A stretch of DNA of 64,000 bases from Alphaproteobacteria bacterium (GCA_965243135.1 OZ251539.1:3712001-3776000); one strand, 5' to 3'. Positions 1 through 11,144 are shown, numbered from the stretch's first letter. The notes: generated by a model not told the origin, from the sequence alone. Made by a program: numbers and translations.

Positions 1-19
1 CGGATAAAGAAGGAGTGAA

Positions 20-1357
20 ATGCGGATGAACCAACCTCAGTATCTTCGACTCCAATACGTCGAAGTCGAAAATCTGTTCGGCGTGTACGATTATCATATC
101 GACTTGAATTTAGACGATAGGGTTACGTTGCTGCACGGACAGAATGGCACAGGAAAAACCACCATATTGAAAATGATAGATTCCCTATTAAGGCGTGATA
201 TAGCGCATTTTCGTGAAATTCCTTTCGTGCGATTTATCCTTGGATTTCACGACGAGAGCACTCTTGAATTGAAGACCGCCACTAATTCTAAAACCAACGA
301 AAGTATTTGCATCCTGAAATTGGAACGGCAAAACGGCGAATCGCATTCCGCCGAAGTGAAATTGCAATCAGAAGCGGAAATAGTTGCCGAAAGAGTCGGC
401 CATCTTCGCCCCCGTAGAGATGGAAATCTCAAGTCATGGATTGATGTTCGCGATCATGAAGAACTTACGGAAGAAGACGTACTTTCCAGATATAGCGTAT
501 CAGATAGTGAACATAGAATCCAAGAGAACTTGGATTGGTTTGATGCGTTTCTCGAAAGCGCAAATACGCACTTGATTGAGACGCAACGGTTAGTTCGCAC
601 CCATCGGAGCGTAAGAGAAAGAGTTGTTCTTTCGCGATCTGCTCGTCATGCGCATTGGTGGCCTCCAAGGGTTGTAGAGTGTAGTCGCGATTTTGGGAAC
701 CGACTCAGTGATACGATGGCCGACTATGGCCGGCAAGCGCAAAGACTGGATCAGACTTTTCCGCAGCGCCTGATCTCGGCTACGGAGGAGTTGAATGAAA
801 ATGAACTTAAGCAACGCATGTCTAATCTCGACAAAAAGACGGAGGAGCTTAAGGTAATGGGTATTTTGGACGAGACGCCCACGCATCCATTTGATGTAAA
901 TAGCTTGAGCAATATGGATCACACCCAAGCCCGAGTCATGACATTGTACGTTCAGGACACCGAAGGTAAATTGCAGGCGTTAAGTGATTTTGCGAGGCGC
1001 ACGCGCCTTCTTCTGGAAAGTGTTAACGACAAATTTCGTCGTAAGAGAATTCTTCTTGACCGTGAACGGGGGCTGGTTGCCGTGAACGAAGAAGGGCAGC
1101 AGCTGGCGCTTGATTCCCTTTCTTCGGGTGAACAGCATGAGCTTGTGTTGCATTACGATCTTTTGTTCAAGGTGCTGCCAAATACGGTGGTGCTGATTGA
1201 TGAACCGGAACTTTCCCTCCACGTGGCATGGCAGAAAAAATTCCTTCCAGATCTCATGGATATCGTCGAGCTCTCTGGATTCGATGCAATCATGGCCACT
1301 CATTCTCCTTATATCGTAGGCGACAGGGATGACTTGATGGTTGGTTTAGGCGATTAG
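20..1357 (+). CDS. ABC/AAA_21-type ATPase, PARIS AriA-like
   Basis: Walker A GQNGTGKTT, signature LSSGE, Walker B VLIDEPELSLH, H-loop ATHSP; lies upstream of a DUF4435-like gene. Confidence 0.85.
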   Translation: MRMNQPQYLRLQYVEVENLFGVYDYHIDLNLDDRVTLLHGQNGTGKTTILKMIDSLLRRDIAHFREIPFVRFILGFHDESTLELKTATNSKTNESICILKLERQNGESHSAEVKLQSEAEIVAERVGHLRPRRDGNLKSWIDVRDHEELTEEDVLSRYSVSDSEHRIQENLDWFDAFLESANTHLIETQRLVRTHRSVRERVVLSRSARHAHWWPPRVVECSRDFGNRLSDTMADYGRQAQRLDQTFPQRLISATEELNENELKQRMSNLDKKTEELKVMGILDETPTHPFDVNSLSNMDHTQARVMTLYVQDTEGKLQALSDFARRTRLLLESVNDKFRRKRILLDRERGLVAVNEEGQQLALDSLSSGEQHELVLHYDLLFKVLPNTVVLIDEPELSLHVAWQKKFLPDLMDIVELSGFDAIMATHSPYIVGDRDDLMVGLGD

Positions 1358-2456
1358 CGTTACTTTATTCGGATTATGAAACAGGAATATAAAACGCCCG
1401 GCATTCTGGCAGCCGAGATCAAAATGACGCGCGAATCGCACGAAGGCGCCTTTCTGATCGTTGAAGGCAAAGATGATATCCGGTTTTGGAGGCCAAGGGG
1501 TGCAGGTCTAGAATTGCAAAATTGGAAAACATGTAACTATTTGATTCTAAATCATTATCTATAGCTATGGCGATTCAAGACCGAGATTGGTGATTTCGTG
1601 CCAAAACACCGTTCCGGACGCGGATTTTGGCACGATTAAGGATCTGCAGGGCGAAAAAAAGGAATGCTCCAAGCCGCAAGATGCGGCAGAATGTTGGCTT
1701 GAACCCACAACATCAGGAGCATTCCCATGCCAGTCTCGCAATCTTCGAACGGTTTGTCCCTTTCGGCTCTCTCCCGGCCGACCGCGGAAGCGCTGCGGAC
1801 ATTCGCGACCTTGCTTGAGAAAGGGGGCGAAGCCGCCGAGGCGTTCCAATCTTTGGCAGCCCTCGTGGATGAAGGGGGCGAACGAACGGACCGGGGGCCC
1901 CAGGCGTTCGCCGATTTCGAGATCGGATTGCAGAAGCGGCTCGCGGAGTTCGGTCGTGGGGTGCTCCGCAACTTCAGAGCGGGACGAGAACGACGGCCCG
2001 ATTCGCCGGGACGGTCGGGTTTACTACCGGTCCAAACCGACGGCGAAAACCCACGGTGTTCGGCGCGGTCACGTTCCTGCGTTCGTTGTATCGCTCGCCG
2101 GGAAGCCCGGCGTTGGCACCGGTCGACGAAAGCTTGGGCCTATTCGACAAGTATCTCACGAACCCGGCGGCTCGTGGCGCCCTTATGCTCCTGTGCCACT
2201 GCACGCCGACGGACGGGGCCGAAATCCTGGAAGGGTTGGGGGGTATGAACCCGTCTTCGAGCCACCTCAAGCGTCTGTTGACGAAGTCGGGCGACCGCTG
2301 GAAAGAGAAGGAAAAAGTGGTCGACATCCGCGAAGAGGAAACGATACCGGAGGAAGCAGTTTCCTTCGCTGTCTCGCTCGACGGGGTTCCGCTTCGCCCC
2401 GACGAGGATGGAGAGGCCTGCTGGCGCGAGGCGTCCTGCGGGACGGTCAGTTTCCA

Positions 2457-4083
2457 CAGCAATTCCCGCTAAGGCTCGAAACCCTTGGAAAATATGGGGT
2501 CCGAAAAAAAATTTTCGTAGACTTTTCGAGGCGATTCGGGGCTATTTGCCTTCGAGCGGAGATTTTTCTCTGGAAAGTGCTCCGAAGGCGAGGCGGGATC
2601 GTACCAAAATGGCTAGAATGCCAGGCATGCGCAAGACGCTCAGCGCTCCGGGATTGCTGAAGGCGCTCCGGGAGATTTTTGACGGCATTGAGAATCTGAC
2701 GGCGAGTCGAGGCCTCGTTCTTTCGGATTGCCTGATGTCGGGGATTGCGGTATTTGGTTTGAAATACAAATCTCTTTTAAAGTTTGATCGCGACGCACGT
2801 TTTGATGAAACGGTTCGCAATAATCTTGCGACGTTGTACGGGATAGAGCGAGCGCCTTCCGACAGCAGGTTGCGCGAGCGCCTGGATGAAGTGGACCCCC
2901 GTAGTTTACGTCCCGCTTTTACGAAGATGTTCCAATTGCTTCAGCGCGGAAAGGGTCTGGAAGGTTACACCTGTCTAGGCGGGCATTATCTTTTGTCCGT
3001 TGACGGAACGGGATATTTTTCATCTCACAAGGTGCACTGTAAAAGCTGCTGTGAAAAGCACCACAGGAACGGAACAATCACGTATTACCACCAGATGCTG
3101 GGGGCAGTTCTCGTGCGCCAAAAGGAAGTTTTCCCTCTTGCACCGGAGCCGATTACCAAGAAAGATGGAAAGAAGAAAAACGATTGCGAACGCAACGCAG
3201 CGACACGACTGTTGCGCGATGTGCGGCGGGAGCATCCGTTTTTGAAATTGATAGTGGTAGAGGACGGGCTCGCCTCGAATGGCCCGCATATCAAGCATCT
3301 CAAGGAGTTGAACCTTCGCTTCATACTGGGTGCCAAGCCGGGAGACCATAAATTTTTGTTTGACTTAGTGAACAGGTCACGATCTGTGAAACGTGCCGAA
3401 TTTTCCGATGAAGAAGGTATAATTCACGAATTCAGATATCTTAACAAGGCACCACTCAATGATGCGAATTTCGACCTTGAAGTCAACTTTGTTGAATACT
3501 GGGAAAAGCGCCCCGACGGCAAAAAGCAACGCTTTTCCTGGGTTACAGACCTGCCAGTAGGAGATCACAACCTGATGGAGATAATGCGTGCCGGGCGTGC
3601 ACGTTGGCGTATCGAAAACGAGACCTTCAACACCCTGAAGAACCAAGGTTACAACTTCGAACACAACTTCGGTCATGGTTACAAGCATCTGTCGAATGTC
3701 TTTGCTAACTTGATGATGCTGGCTTTCCTGCCAGATTCAGCAGAGATGTTGCAATCTGTTTCAAAGAGCACGGAAGAAAGCCGAGCGTTCCATCTACTTG
3801 TGGGAGAAGTTGAGAGCTATGTTCTTCAACTTTTCACTACCAGGCTGGGAAGCGCTTTATCGTGCGATAGCGTTCGGACACAAGAAGCCGATTCTGGAAC
3901 CTTACGATACTTCTTGATATAATAAATTTTCGAAGTGTGTAGCAGGTTCTTCAGGGGGAAACATAACCAACGAAAGCTTCGGTCATTAAGCCGAACGTTA
4001 GACGTCTGTCCTGACGGTCGTACCTTCTGCCGAGAAAGTCCTTTACATTTGATACGACCACTACAAGTTAGCGGGAATTTCTG
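2457..4083 (+). mobile_element. Nested 1627-bp IS (ISNCY, ISDol1-like DDE element)
   Basis: 16-bp IRs CAG(C/A)AATTCCCGCTAA; 9-bp TSD CAGTTTCCA at 2448-2456 and 4084-4092. Confidence 0.88.
2609..3922 (+). pseudogene. DDE transposase of the nested IS, C-terminal frameshift near 3730
   Basis: SVDGTG, VEDGL, RARWRIENETFNTLKNQGY motifs; expected QIQQRCCNLFQ tail lies in another frame. Confidence 0.8.
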
Positions 4084-5950
4084 CAGTTTCCATGACGTAG
4101 ATGGCAATCGCCTGAAAACGTTGAGTTTTGGGCGGATGCCGGAAGCCCGCAAGGAGACGCTGAAGGCGCTGCTCGCTGAAGAGGTCGCTCATATCCGCAA
4201 GACGCGGCCCGACCTGAAGTTGGTCGCTGTCGCCGATGCCGCGCCCGACAACTGGACGTTTCTTGAGAAACTCCGGCCTGACGAACGGGCAGTCGACTTC
4301 TTTCATGCATGCGAGCATCTCGGCGAAGTGTCAGACCGTCGCGAGCGGTTGGTACGAAAAGTATCGCGCTGTCCTGCGCGACGACGAGAAGGGCGTCGAC
4401 AAGGTCGGCGACATCTCCGCGACAAGGCGGAGACGAAAACGGCGGTCAAGGTGCTCGAGCGCGAGTTTTTCCGTAAACACAGGCGCGTGCTACGCGAGCC
4501 TCAAGGCCAAAGGCTACGTGTTCCGGCGTCGTCGAGGCCGCCAACAAGGTGCTGGTCAACCAACGCATGAAGCGGGCCGGCATGCGCTGGAGTATCGACG
4601 GAGGACAGAACGTCCTCACCTTCAGGGCGTTGATGATGTCAGGCCGTTTCGATGCCGCGTGGCGGGCGATAACCGGAATGTGCGCCGCAAACGAAAACCA
4701 GATGCTGAACGCTATCGCGGCCTGACAGTGGAAATTCTGATTCCGGAAACAAAAACAAGGTTTTACAAAAATAGATCTGCACCCAGGCCAAGATGCCGCG
4801 AGAAATGCGAACTTGTTGACGGGGGAGGAAAACCGAACGTTGTCGGGTGTATTATAAGGCTTGATGAAGAGAAATTTAAGGGTGCATTGGGTATCGTAGA
4901 CAGCGATTACGATATTTTTGTTGGAGAGAAAATGGGTACCGACAATATCGTAACCACGGACGCCCATGACTTGGAGTGCATTCTCTGCAGGTCTTCAGCT
5001 CTCGATACGGTTCTTGCTGAATATGGAGATTCCTCCAAAATCGAAAAATTTCAACAAGAAACGAAAAAAAGCGTTCGCACTGCCCTCCTTGAAAGGGCAA
5101 TGCCATTCGGTCGTTTGAGACTCGCGGCGTTACGACGACCGGTTATCGAAATGAAGAAAATCAAGGTGCCACAATTTGTAGAAGAGAAGACATGGTCCGT
5201 GAAGTGCGACGAACTGATTCGAGAATCCACAAAATCCGGTCTGCCCGAGGAAATTCAGGAATTGCAAAATCGTGTCGAGCGATCAGAAGTGGGAGATCCG
5301 TGGTATGTTGTGCAGGGGCACGATTTACTGCAGATTCTTCGAATCGGCCTGCGGCATGTGCTTGGAGACATCAGGCCCGGTATCGGAACGGAGGAGATAG
5401 CCAGAATTCTCAGAGCGGCGCTGCCTCTAGAAGACCTGCGGAATACAGGTATGTGGACGGATATTCGTAGTTGGGAAAGTTTGAATCCGCCATACGAGAT
5501 ACTGGCGAATTGATTTGTGTGCCTGGTTTATCTGCGCCTGTCCCGTGCGTGATGACGCGAAGCGGCTCGCACGCCGATCATGAAGCTGATCTGCGTGGCG
5601 GCGGTTACCGTCGACACCGAAGATGGGCACGATACTGTTTGGCGGAATTGATTTTGAATGATGGTTGACGAGGCCGGTAATGACCTCGGGATAGAACGAC
5701 CCTCGCGACGTAATTGTCCTGATTTCAGGGTGCAGGAAACGGGCGACAGCATCGTTTGCCAGTATCCTGGCCGATGATTGCCGCCCGGCTGATCGTGAAT
5801 TCACAGACTGCGGAAACCGGTTTTCGATATACGGCGAGGCCGAACCAGCTGCATTCGGTGGATGCGCTGCACTCTATATCCCCAACGACACTATTTCTTC
5901 TCCAAGCGCGCATTTTGCAATGCGGCCACGGCTCCTGATACCCTGCGGAC

Positions 5951-6829
5951 ATGACCCCGCCGATACGGCCTTCCTCTCTGGTCGCGCGGAGCGCGCTCCT
6001 GGCGACCGCGGCGATGCTGCTGTTCGGCGTCGTTCCGCCTTCGGTCCGACTGCTGTCCGATACCATGTCGCCGTTTCAGATTGTGTTCATTCGCGGTCTG
6101 ATCGGCGCCGCCGCGATCGGCGGATATTTCGCCTGGAAGGGTTTCCACAATCTGAAAACCCGCCGCTACAGGTTTCATCTGATGCGCTCGACGGTCAATT
6201 TCGTCGGCATGGTCATGTGGTTCTGGGCGCTCAACCATGTGGCGCTCGCCAAGGGCGTCGCCGTTCACTTCGTCATGCCGCTCTTCATCGTTCTTTTCGC
6301 CGCCCTTTTCCTGCGGGAGCGCATAGGACTGCGCCGGGTTTGCGCGGTCGTCGCGGGTTTCGCCGGCGTGCTCATCATCCTGCGGCCCGGCGTGATCGCG
6401 TTCGGCCTGCCGGAGTTCGCCATTCTCGGATCCGCGGCGCTCTACGCCGCGGCCACCATTTTTCTGAAGGTGATCGTGCGCGAAGAGAGCCCGCTGTCCG
6501 TTACCTTCCATACCAACCTGTTGATCGCCCTCTGGTGTCTCGTGCCGACGGTGTTTTTCTGGGAGCCGATCTCCGCGGACGATATCCTGCCGATACTCGG
6601 GCTCGGCATTTGCGGCATGATCGCGCCGGCGCTGGTCGCAACCGCGCTCCAAACCGCGGAGGCCAGCCTCATAAGCGCTTTCGATTTTCTGCGCCTGCCC
6701 TTCACGGCGCTGTTCGCCTTCCTGCTGTTCCAGGAAGTTCCCGACGCTTTCGTCTGGGTGGGAGCGGCCGTCATTTTCGGGAGCGCTTGGTACATCACCG
6801 CCTGGGAAGCGACACGGCATCGCCAGTAA
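5951..6829 (+). CDS. DMT/EamA family transporter
   Basis: About 10 TM helices; LFLRERIG, GFAGVLIILRPG, DFLRLPF. Confidence 0.9.
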   Translation: MTPPIRPSSLVARSALLATAAMLLFGVVPPSVRLLSDTMSPFQIVFIRGLIGAAAIGGYFAWKGFHNLKTRRYRFHLMRSTVNFVGMVMWFWALNHVALAKGVAVHFVMPLFIVLFAALFLRERIGLRRVCAVVAGFAGVLIILRPGVIAFGLPEFAILGSAALYAAATIFLKVIVREESPLSVTFHTNLLIALWCLVPTVFFWEPISADDILPILGLGICGMIAPALVATALQTAEASLISAFDFLRLPFTALFAFLLFQEVPDAFVWVGAAVIFGSAWYITAWEATRHRQ

Positions 6830-6921
6830 AGCCCGGCTCCCCGGGGGACCGAAGCCGGAAGCGCGGACCGGACCGGCGCTTCGGGTGGTGAATTTCGACG
6901 CAGACAGGCTATTCTGGAGCC

Positions 6922-7830
6922 ATGAACCGACAGGATGCCTCTGCGCCATCCAATGCTCACGGCCTGTACAGGGGCATCGCGATCGGCGTCCTGTCGATGG
7001 CTCTGTTCGCGTCGGTGCATTCGTCCGTGCGCGAGCTTTCGGACACGATGTCCGCGTTCCAGATCGTTTTCTGGCGCATGTCGATCGGCGTCCTGCTGCT
7101 AATGCCGTGGTATGCATGGAAGGGTTTCCACCTGTTGCGGACGAAGCGTCCCGGCATGCACGTACAGCGTGCGGTCGTGAACTTCGTGGGCATGATCCTC
7201 TGGTTTCACGCCATCGCCGTCGTGCCTCTGGGCAAGGCGGTCGCGATCCACTTCACCTTGCCGCTCTTCGTGCTGGTGCTTGCGGCCGTAGCCCTCGGCG
7301 AGAAGATCGGCCCGCGCCGCATCGCGGCGACCGTCGTCGGCTTCGGCGGCATGCTCGTCATCCTTCGGCCCGGCTCCGCCGAAATCGGATTGCCCGAGGC
7401 CATGATCCTCGGGTCGGCGCTGCTTTACGCGGCGACCGTCGTCTATCTGAAAGCCATGGTCGCAACGGAGACGCCGCTCGCGTTGACTTTCTACACCAAC
7501 AGCCTGATTGGCGCTTTCTGCGTGCCTCCCGCTCTGATTTTCTGGGTGGCCCCGACTTGGGACGACCTCCTGCCGATCCTTGCGCTCGGCTTTCTGGGGA
7601 CCTCCGGGCCGTTCCTGTACGCCATGGCGCTGCGCACGACGGACGCCAGCGTGCTGGCGCCGCTGGACTTCCTGCGCCTGCCGTTCACGGCCGCGCTGGC
7701 CTTCGCCCTGTTCGGAGAGGTTCCGGAAATCTGGGTCTGGGCCGGCGCCGCGATCATCGTTCTCAGCACCTGGTACATCACCATGCGCGAGAGCGCCGCT
7801 GCCCGCCGGAGCGGGAAGCGGCGCACCTGA
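6922..7830 (+). CDS. DMT/EamA family transporter
   Basis: LGEKIG, GFGGMLVILRPG, DFLRLPF. Confidence 0.9.
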   Translation: MNRQDASAPSNAHGLYRGIAIGVLSMALFASVHSSVRELSDTMSAFQIVFWRMSIGVLLLMPWYAWKGFHLLRTKRPGMHVQRAVVNFVGMILWFHAIAVVPLGKAVAIHFTLPLFVLVLAAVALGEKIGPRRIAATVVGFGGMLVILRPGSAEIGLPEAMILGSALLYAATVVYLKAMVATETPLALTFYTNSLIGAFCVPPALIFWVAPTWDDLLPILALGFLGTSGPFLYAMALRTTDASVLAPLDFLRLPFTAALAFALFGEVPEIWVWAGAAIIVLSTWYITMRESAAARRSGKRRT

Positions 7831-7885
7831 CGATGGAAGGTATCCGCCTTCCGTGCGCGTCGCGAACCTCCCGCATGCGCCGCCG

Positions 7886-8779
7886 ATGAGTTCCGCTTTC
7901 CGGATGCCGCCCCTTTTCCGCGCGGTGCTGTGGTTCTGCGGCACGATGTGCGGCTTCGCCGGCATGGCGATTTCCGCGCGCGAACTGCAAACGACCCTGT
8001 CGGTCTTCGAAATCCTGTTCTTCCGCAGCCTGATCGGCGTGCTGGTCGTGCTGCCCTTCATTCTTCGAAATCGATTCGCCGATCTCCGCACCGCCCGCTT
8101 CCGATTTCACGGAATCCGTGCGCTCGTGCAGTTCTCCGCCCAGATATGCTGGATGTACGGCATCGCTCATCTCACGCTTTCCGACCTCACCGCCATCGAA
8201 TTCTCGGTGCCCGTGTTCACCGCCATCCTTGCGGTCCTGTTTCTGGGCGAGCGAATGTGGAAGCATAAATGGGTCGCGACCGGGCTGGGTTTCGTCGGCG
8301 TGCTCATCATCCTCCAGCCCGAGGGATCCGCTTTCAGCGTCGCGGGTTTCGTGATGCTGACGGGATCGGCACTCTACGCGGCCTCCGGCGTCCTCGTGAA
8401 ATATTTGACCCGAACCGACACCCCCCAAGGCATCATTTTCTACATGAACCTCCAGCAGCTTCCGCTGGGACTGCTCCCGGCGGTGCTGGCGTATGAATGG
8501 GTAACACCTTCCCTGGCCGACGCGCCGTGGATCCTCGCCTGGGGCCTTGCGGGACTGCTTGCCCACTACACGATGGCGCGGGCTCTGAGATTGGCCGACA
8601 TCACCATCGTCTTCCCGCTGGATTTTCTTCGCCTGCCGATGATGGCGCTGCTCGGCTTCCTGATTTACGCCGAGACGTTAAGTCCCTGGACGCTGGCGGG
8701 CGGGGCGGCGATCTTCGCGGCCAACTGGTACGCCGTTCGCGAGGAGGCGAAACGAGGCGGCAACGGCGCTGTCCATTAG
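7886..8779 (+). CDS. DMT/EamA family transporter
   Basis: FLGERM, GFVGVLIILQP, DFLRLPM; start codon uncertain. Confidence 0.88.
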   Translation: MSSAFRMPPLFRAVLWFCGTMCGFAGMAISARELQTTLSVFEILFFRSLIGVLVVLPFILRNRFADLRTARFRFHGIRALVQFSAQICWMYGIAHLTLSDLTAIEFSVPVFTAILAVLFLGERMWKHKWVATGLGFVGVLIILQPEGSAFSVAGFVMLTGSALYAASGVLVKYLTRTDTPQGIIFYMNLQQLPLGLLPAVLAYEWVTPSLADAPWILAWGLAGLLAHYTMARALRLADITIVFPLDFLRLPMMALLGFLIYAETLSPWTLAGGAAIFAANWYAVREEAKRGGNGAVH

Positions 8780-8793
8780 GATTCCTTGCGCTT

Positions 8794-9486
8794 CTACGGC
8801 CTGCGCTGCCCGAAAAGGATGGCGCGGCTTTCCTCGGTCATGGTTCTGGCCCCGCGGCGATCGGCCAACAATTCCATCCCCGCCTGCACCGCCTTTCGGG
8901 CCGCGATTTCCTCGAACCATCTCCGGACGTGCGGAAAGTCTCCCTTGTCGATGCCCTGGCGGCGCGAGGGACGAACCCAAGGCCAGCAAGCGACGTCGGC
9001 AATCGAATAAGCTTCGCCGGCGAGATAGGCATTGTCCGACAACCGCGCGTTCATGACGCCGTAGAGCCGCCTCACTTCCTTCGAATAGCGTTCGACGCCG
9101 TAGGGAACCTCGACGCCGCCCATTGCCTGCCGGAAATGGTGCGCCTGCCCGGCCATGGGACCCAGCCCGCCCATCTGCCACATCAGCCATTCGGCGGTCG
9201 CGGTTCGGCCGCGCAGATCGGTCGGCAGGAAACGGCCGGACTTCTCGGCCAGATAGAGGAGGATCGCGCCGCTTTCGAATACGGAAACCGGCTCGCCCCC
9301 GTCGCCAGGATCGTGGTCCACGATCGCCGGAATGCGATTGTTCGGACTGATCGCAAGAAACTCGGGGTCGAACTGCTCGCCCACGTTGATGTCTACGGCG
9401 AAAACTCTGTAGGGCAGGGCGCATTCCTCGAGCATTATGGAAACCTTCTGGCCATTGGGCGTCGGCCAGGCGTGGAGATCAATCAT
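8794..9486 (-). CDS. Glutathione S-transferase (YfcG/YghU-like)
   Basis: TPNGQKVSIMLEE, SPNNRIPAIVD, FESGAIL. Confidence 0.9.
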   Translation of the reverse strand: MIDLHAWPTPNGQKVSIMLEECALPYRVFAVDINVGEQFDPEFLAISPNNRIPAIVDHDPGDGGEPVSVFESGAILLYLAEKSGRFLPTDLRGRTATAEWLMWQMGGLGPMAGQAHHFRQAMGGVEVPYGVERYSKEVRRLYGVMNARLSDNAYLAGEAYSIADVACWPWVRPSRRQGIDKGDFPHVRRWFEEIAARKAVQAGMELLADRRGARTMTEESRAILFGQRRP

Positions 9487-9542
9487 TGGTTCGGCCTCGG
9501 AGAAACGAATGGCAAGGCCCGCGCCGAATGCCTCTGCAACGC

Positions 9543-11144
9543 TCAGCCATCGTCCCGCAGGCTCTGGTTGGGCGATACGTCCCGCCGCCGCAGCTGGAAC
9601 GAGCGTTCGCCGTTGGCGATCCAACCGCCGCGGGCTGCGCGCTCGGCGACGGCTTCCCATTCTTCCGACCAATCGCCGAGATCGTATCCGTGCCAGGGAG
9701 GTTCCGGCGTCAGGGGCGGCAGCCCGAGTCGGTCCCACAATTCCCTGGCCCGTTCCATGTATTCGCGTCGGGGCAGCGCGACGGGTGCCATCGGCGTCTT
9801 GAGGGTCGCGTCGATGAGCAAGGTGGCGTCCTCCTCTTCGGCGCCCGGACCATGTCCGGTCGGGCGGTGCCGCAGCGTTTCGCAGTCCCGAACCAGATTG
9901 GCGCGGTAACTCATCGCCCAGAAGACCGCGTCGAGGCTGTCGGGGTCGATGTCGTCGCTCACGGCGATCAGGTATTTTCCGACCGGAGCCTGAAAGGACG
10001 CGGCTCCGTACAACGCCCGCCAGATTTCCGTGCGCGCCGCGGCGCGCGCGAACTGCAGAACCACGACCTTGCGGAGGTTAGTGAGCGGCTCGTGCATCGC
10101 GACCCGGACGACGTCGGCGATTCCGAGATGACGGACCAAGTGGTTCAGGAAAAGCGGCTCGTACGCGACCCTCTTGATGACGCTCGATTCCGACGGTGTC
10201 ACCTGGCTCACGATCGAGGCGAGGACGGCGTCGCGCCGCCGCGTGATCGCGGTTACCCGGAGAATGAAATTGTACTCCTCCAGATTTACGTGGCCGTGGC
10301 TTTCGCCGAAGGGGCCTTCCGGCTCGAAACGTCCCGTGTCCACCAATCCCTCGATGACGATCTCGGCTTCCGCGGGCACGTTCAGATCGACGCTGCGACC
10401 GCGGGCCACATGGATCGGAACGCCGACGATGCCGCCCGCCACGCCCATCTCGTCCACGTCTTCGGGCAATTTTTGAGGACCGACATAGGCGACCGCCGGC
10501 GGGCAACCGACGACCATCGCGATCGGCATCGGCTCGCCGCGCTCGCGGTACTTGCGCCAGTGCGCCATTCCTCCCTGGCCCAGACTGGCGAACATCTTGA
10601 GACCGATCCTATCGGGCGCCTTGAGGCCGCCGCGGTAGGTGCCGACGTTCTGGATGCCTGTGTCCGGATCCTTGGTGATGCAGGCGGTCGCCGTCAGATA
10701 GGGCGCGGAATCGTAACCCGGCGTCGAGACGGGAACCGGCAACGCGTCGAGGCCGCTTCCCGAAACAAGCGCATCGCCTTCGAACGCTAGTTCCTGGCAG
10801 ACGGGCGCGGCGACTTCCGTCGGCGGAATCGGGTTTGCAATGGCGGTTCGCCAGCACTCGCCGATTTCGGCGACGGTCTTTCCCATGCCGACGGCGTAGA
10901 CCGCGGCGTTCGCCGCAAGCGCACCGACCGTTACGGGAATGTCGTAGCGCCGCCCGGTCCCGTCCACGACGTTGGTGAACAGGAACGCCTTGCGCTCGCC
11001 TTCCGGCAGGCCTCCGCGAAACTGCCAGCGCACCAGCGGAACCAACTCCGAATCCTTGTCCACCGGCGCCTCCACGACGTGAAGCAGCTCCGCTTTCCTG
11101 AGCTCCTCCAGATGATCGTGAAGGTCGCTGTAGCCGCGCTCCAT
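9543..11144 (-). CDS. UbiD-family decarboxylase
   Basis: NVGTYRG, AEIVIEG, EGPFGESHG motifs. Confidence 0.88.
   Translation of the reverse strand: MERGYSDLHDHLEELRKAELLHVVEAPVDKDSELVPLVRWQFRGGLPEGERKAFLFTNVVDGTGRRYDIPVTVGALAANAAVYAVGMGKTVAEIGECWRTAIANPIPPTEVAAPVCQELAFEGDALVSGSGLDALPVPVSTPGYDSAPYLTATACITKDPDTGIQNVGTYRGGLKAPDRIGLKMFASLGQGGMAHWRKYRERGEPMPIAMVVGCPPAVAYVGPQKLPEDVDEMGVAGGIVGVPIHVARGRSVDLNVPAEAEIVIEGLVDTGRFEPEGPFGESHGHVNLEEYNFILRVTAITRRRDAVLASIVSQVTPSESSVIKRVAYEPLFLNHLVRHLGIADVVRVAMHEPLTNLRKVVVLQFARAAARTEIWRALYGAASFQAPVGKYLIAVSDDIDPDSLDAVFWAMSYRANLVRDCETLRHRPTGHGPGAEEEDATLLIDATLKTPMAPVALPRREYMERARELWDRLGLPPLTPEPPWHGYDLGDWSEEWEAVAERAARGGWIANGERSFQLRRRDVSPNQSLRDDG

Larger units (their letters stand above)
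1727..4725 (+). pseudogene. ISKra4 transposase, frameshifted and interrupted
   Basis: Fragments VSLDGV, WREASCGTVSFH|DVDGNRL, ADAAPDNW, DFFHACEHL, QRMKRAGMRW lie in different frames. Confidence 0.8.
1498..4784 (+). mobile_element. ISKra4-family IS, degenerate, carrying a nested IS
   Basis: Terminal IRs GGGTGCAG(G/A)TCTA; 8-bp TSD AGGCCAAG at 1490-1497 and 4785-4792. Confidence 0.88.
1376..5513 (+). pseudogene. DUF4435/TOPRIM protein (AriB-like), split by IS insertion
   Basis: Joining 1376-1497 to 4793-5513 gives a continuous 280-aa ORF with IVEGKDD and GIVDSDYD TOPRIM motifs. Confidence 0.85.

Noticed and set aside
4236-5513. 425-aa ORF as a single real gene
   Set aside because: It is a chimera of off-frame ISKra4 sequence and the DUF4435 C-terminal part.
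5514-5950. Short ORFs and GGGTGCAGG (near 5728) resembling the ISKra4 end
   Set aside because: Only a 9-nt match, no partner IR or TSD, and no recognisable protein motifs.
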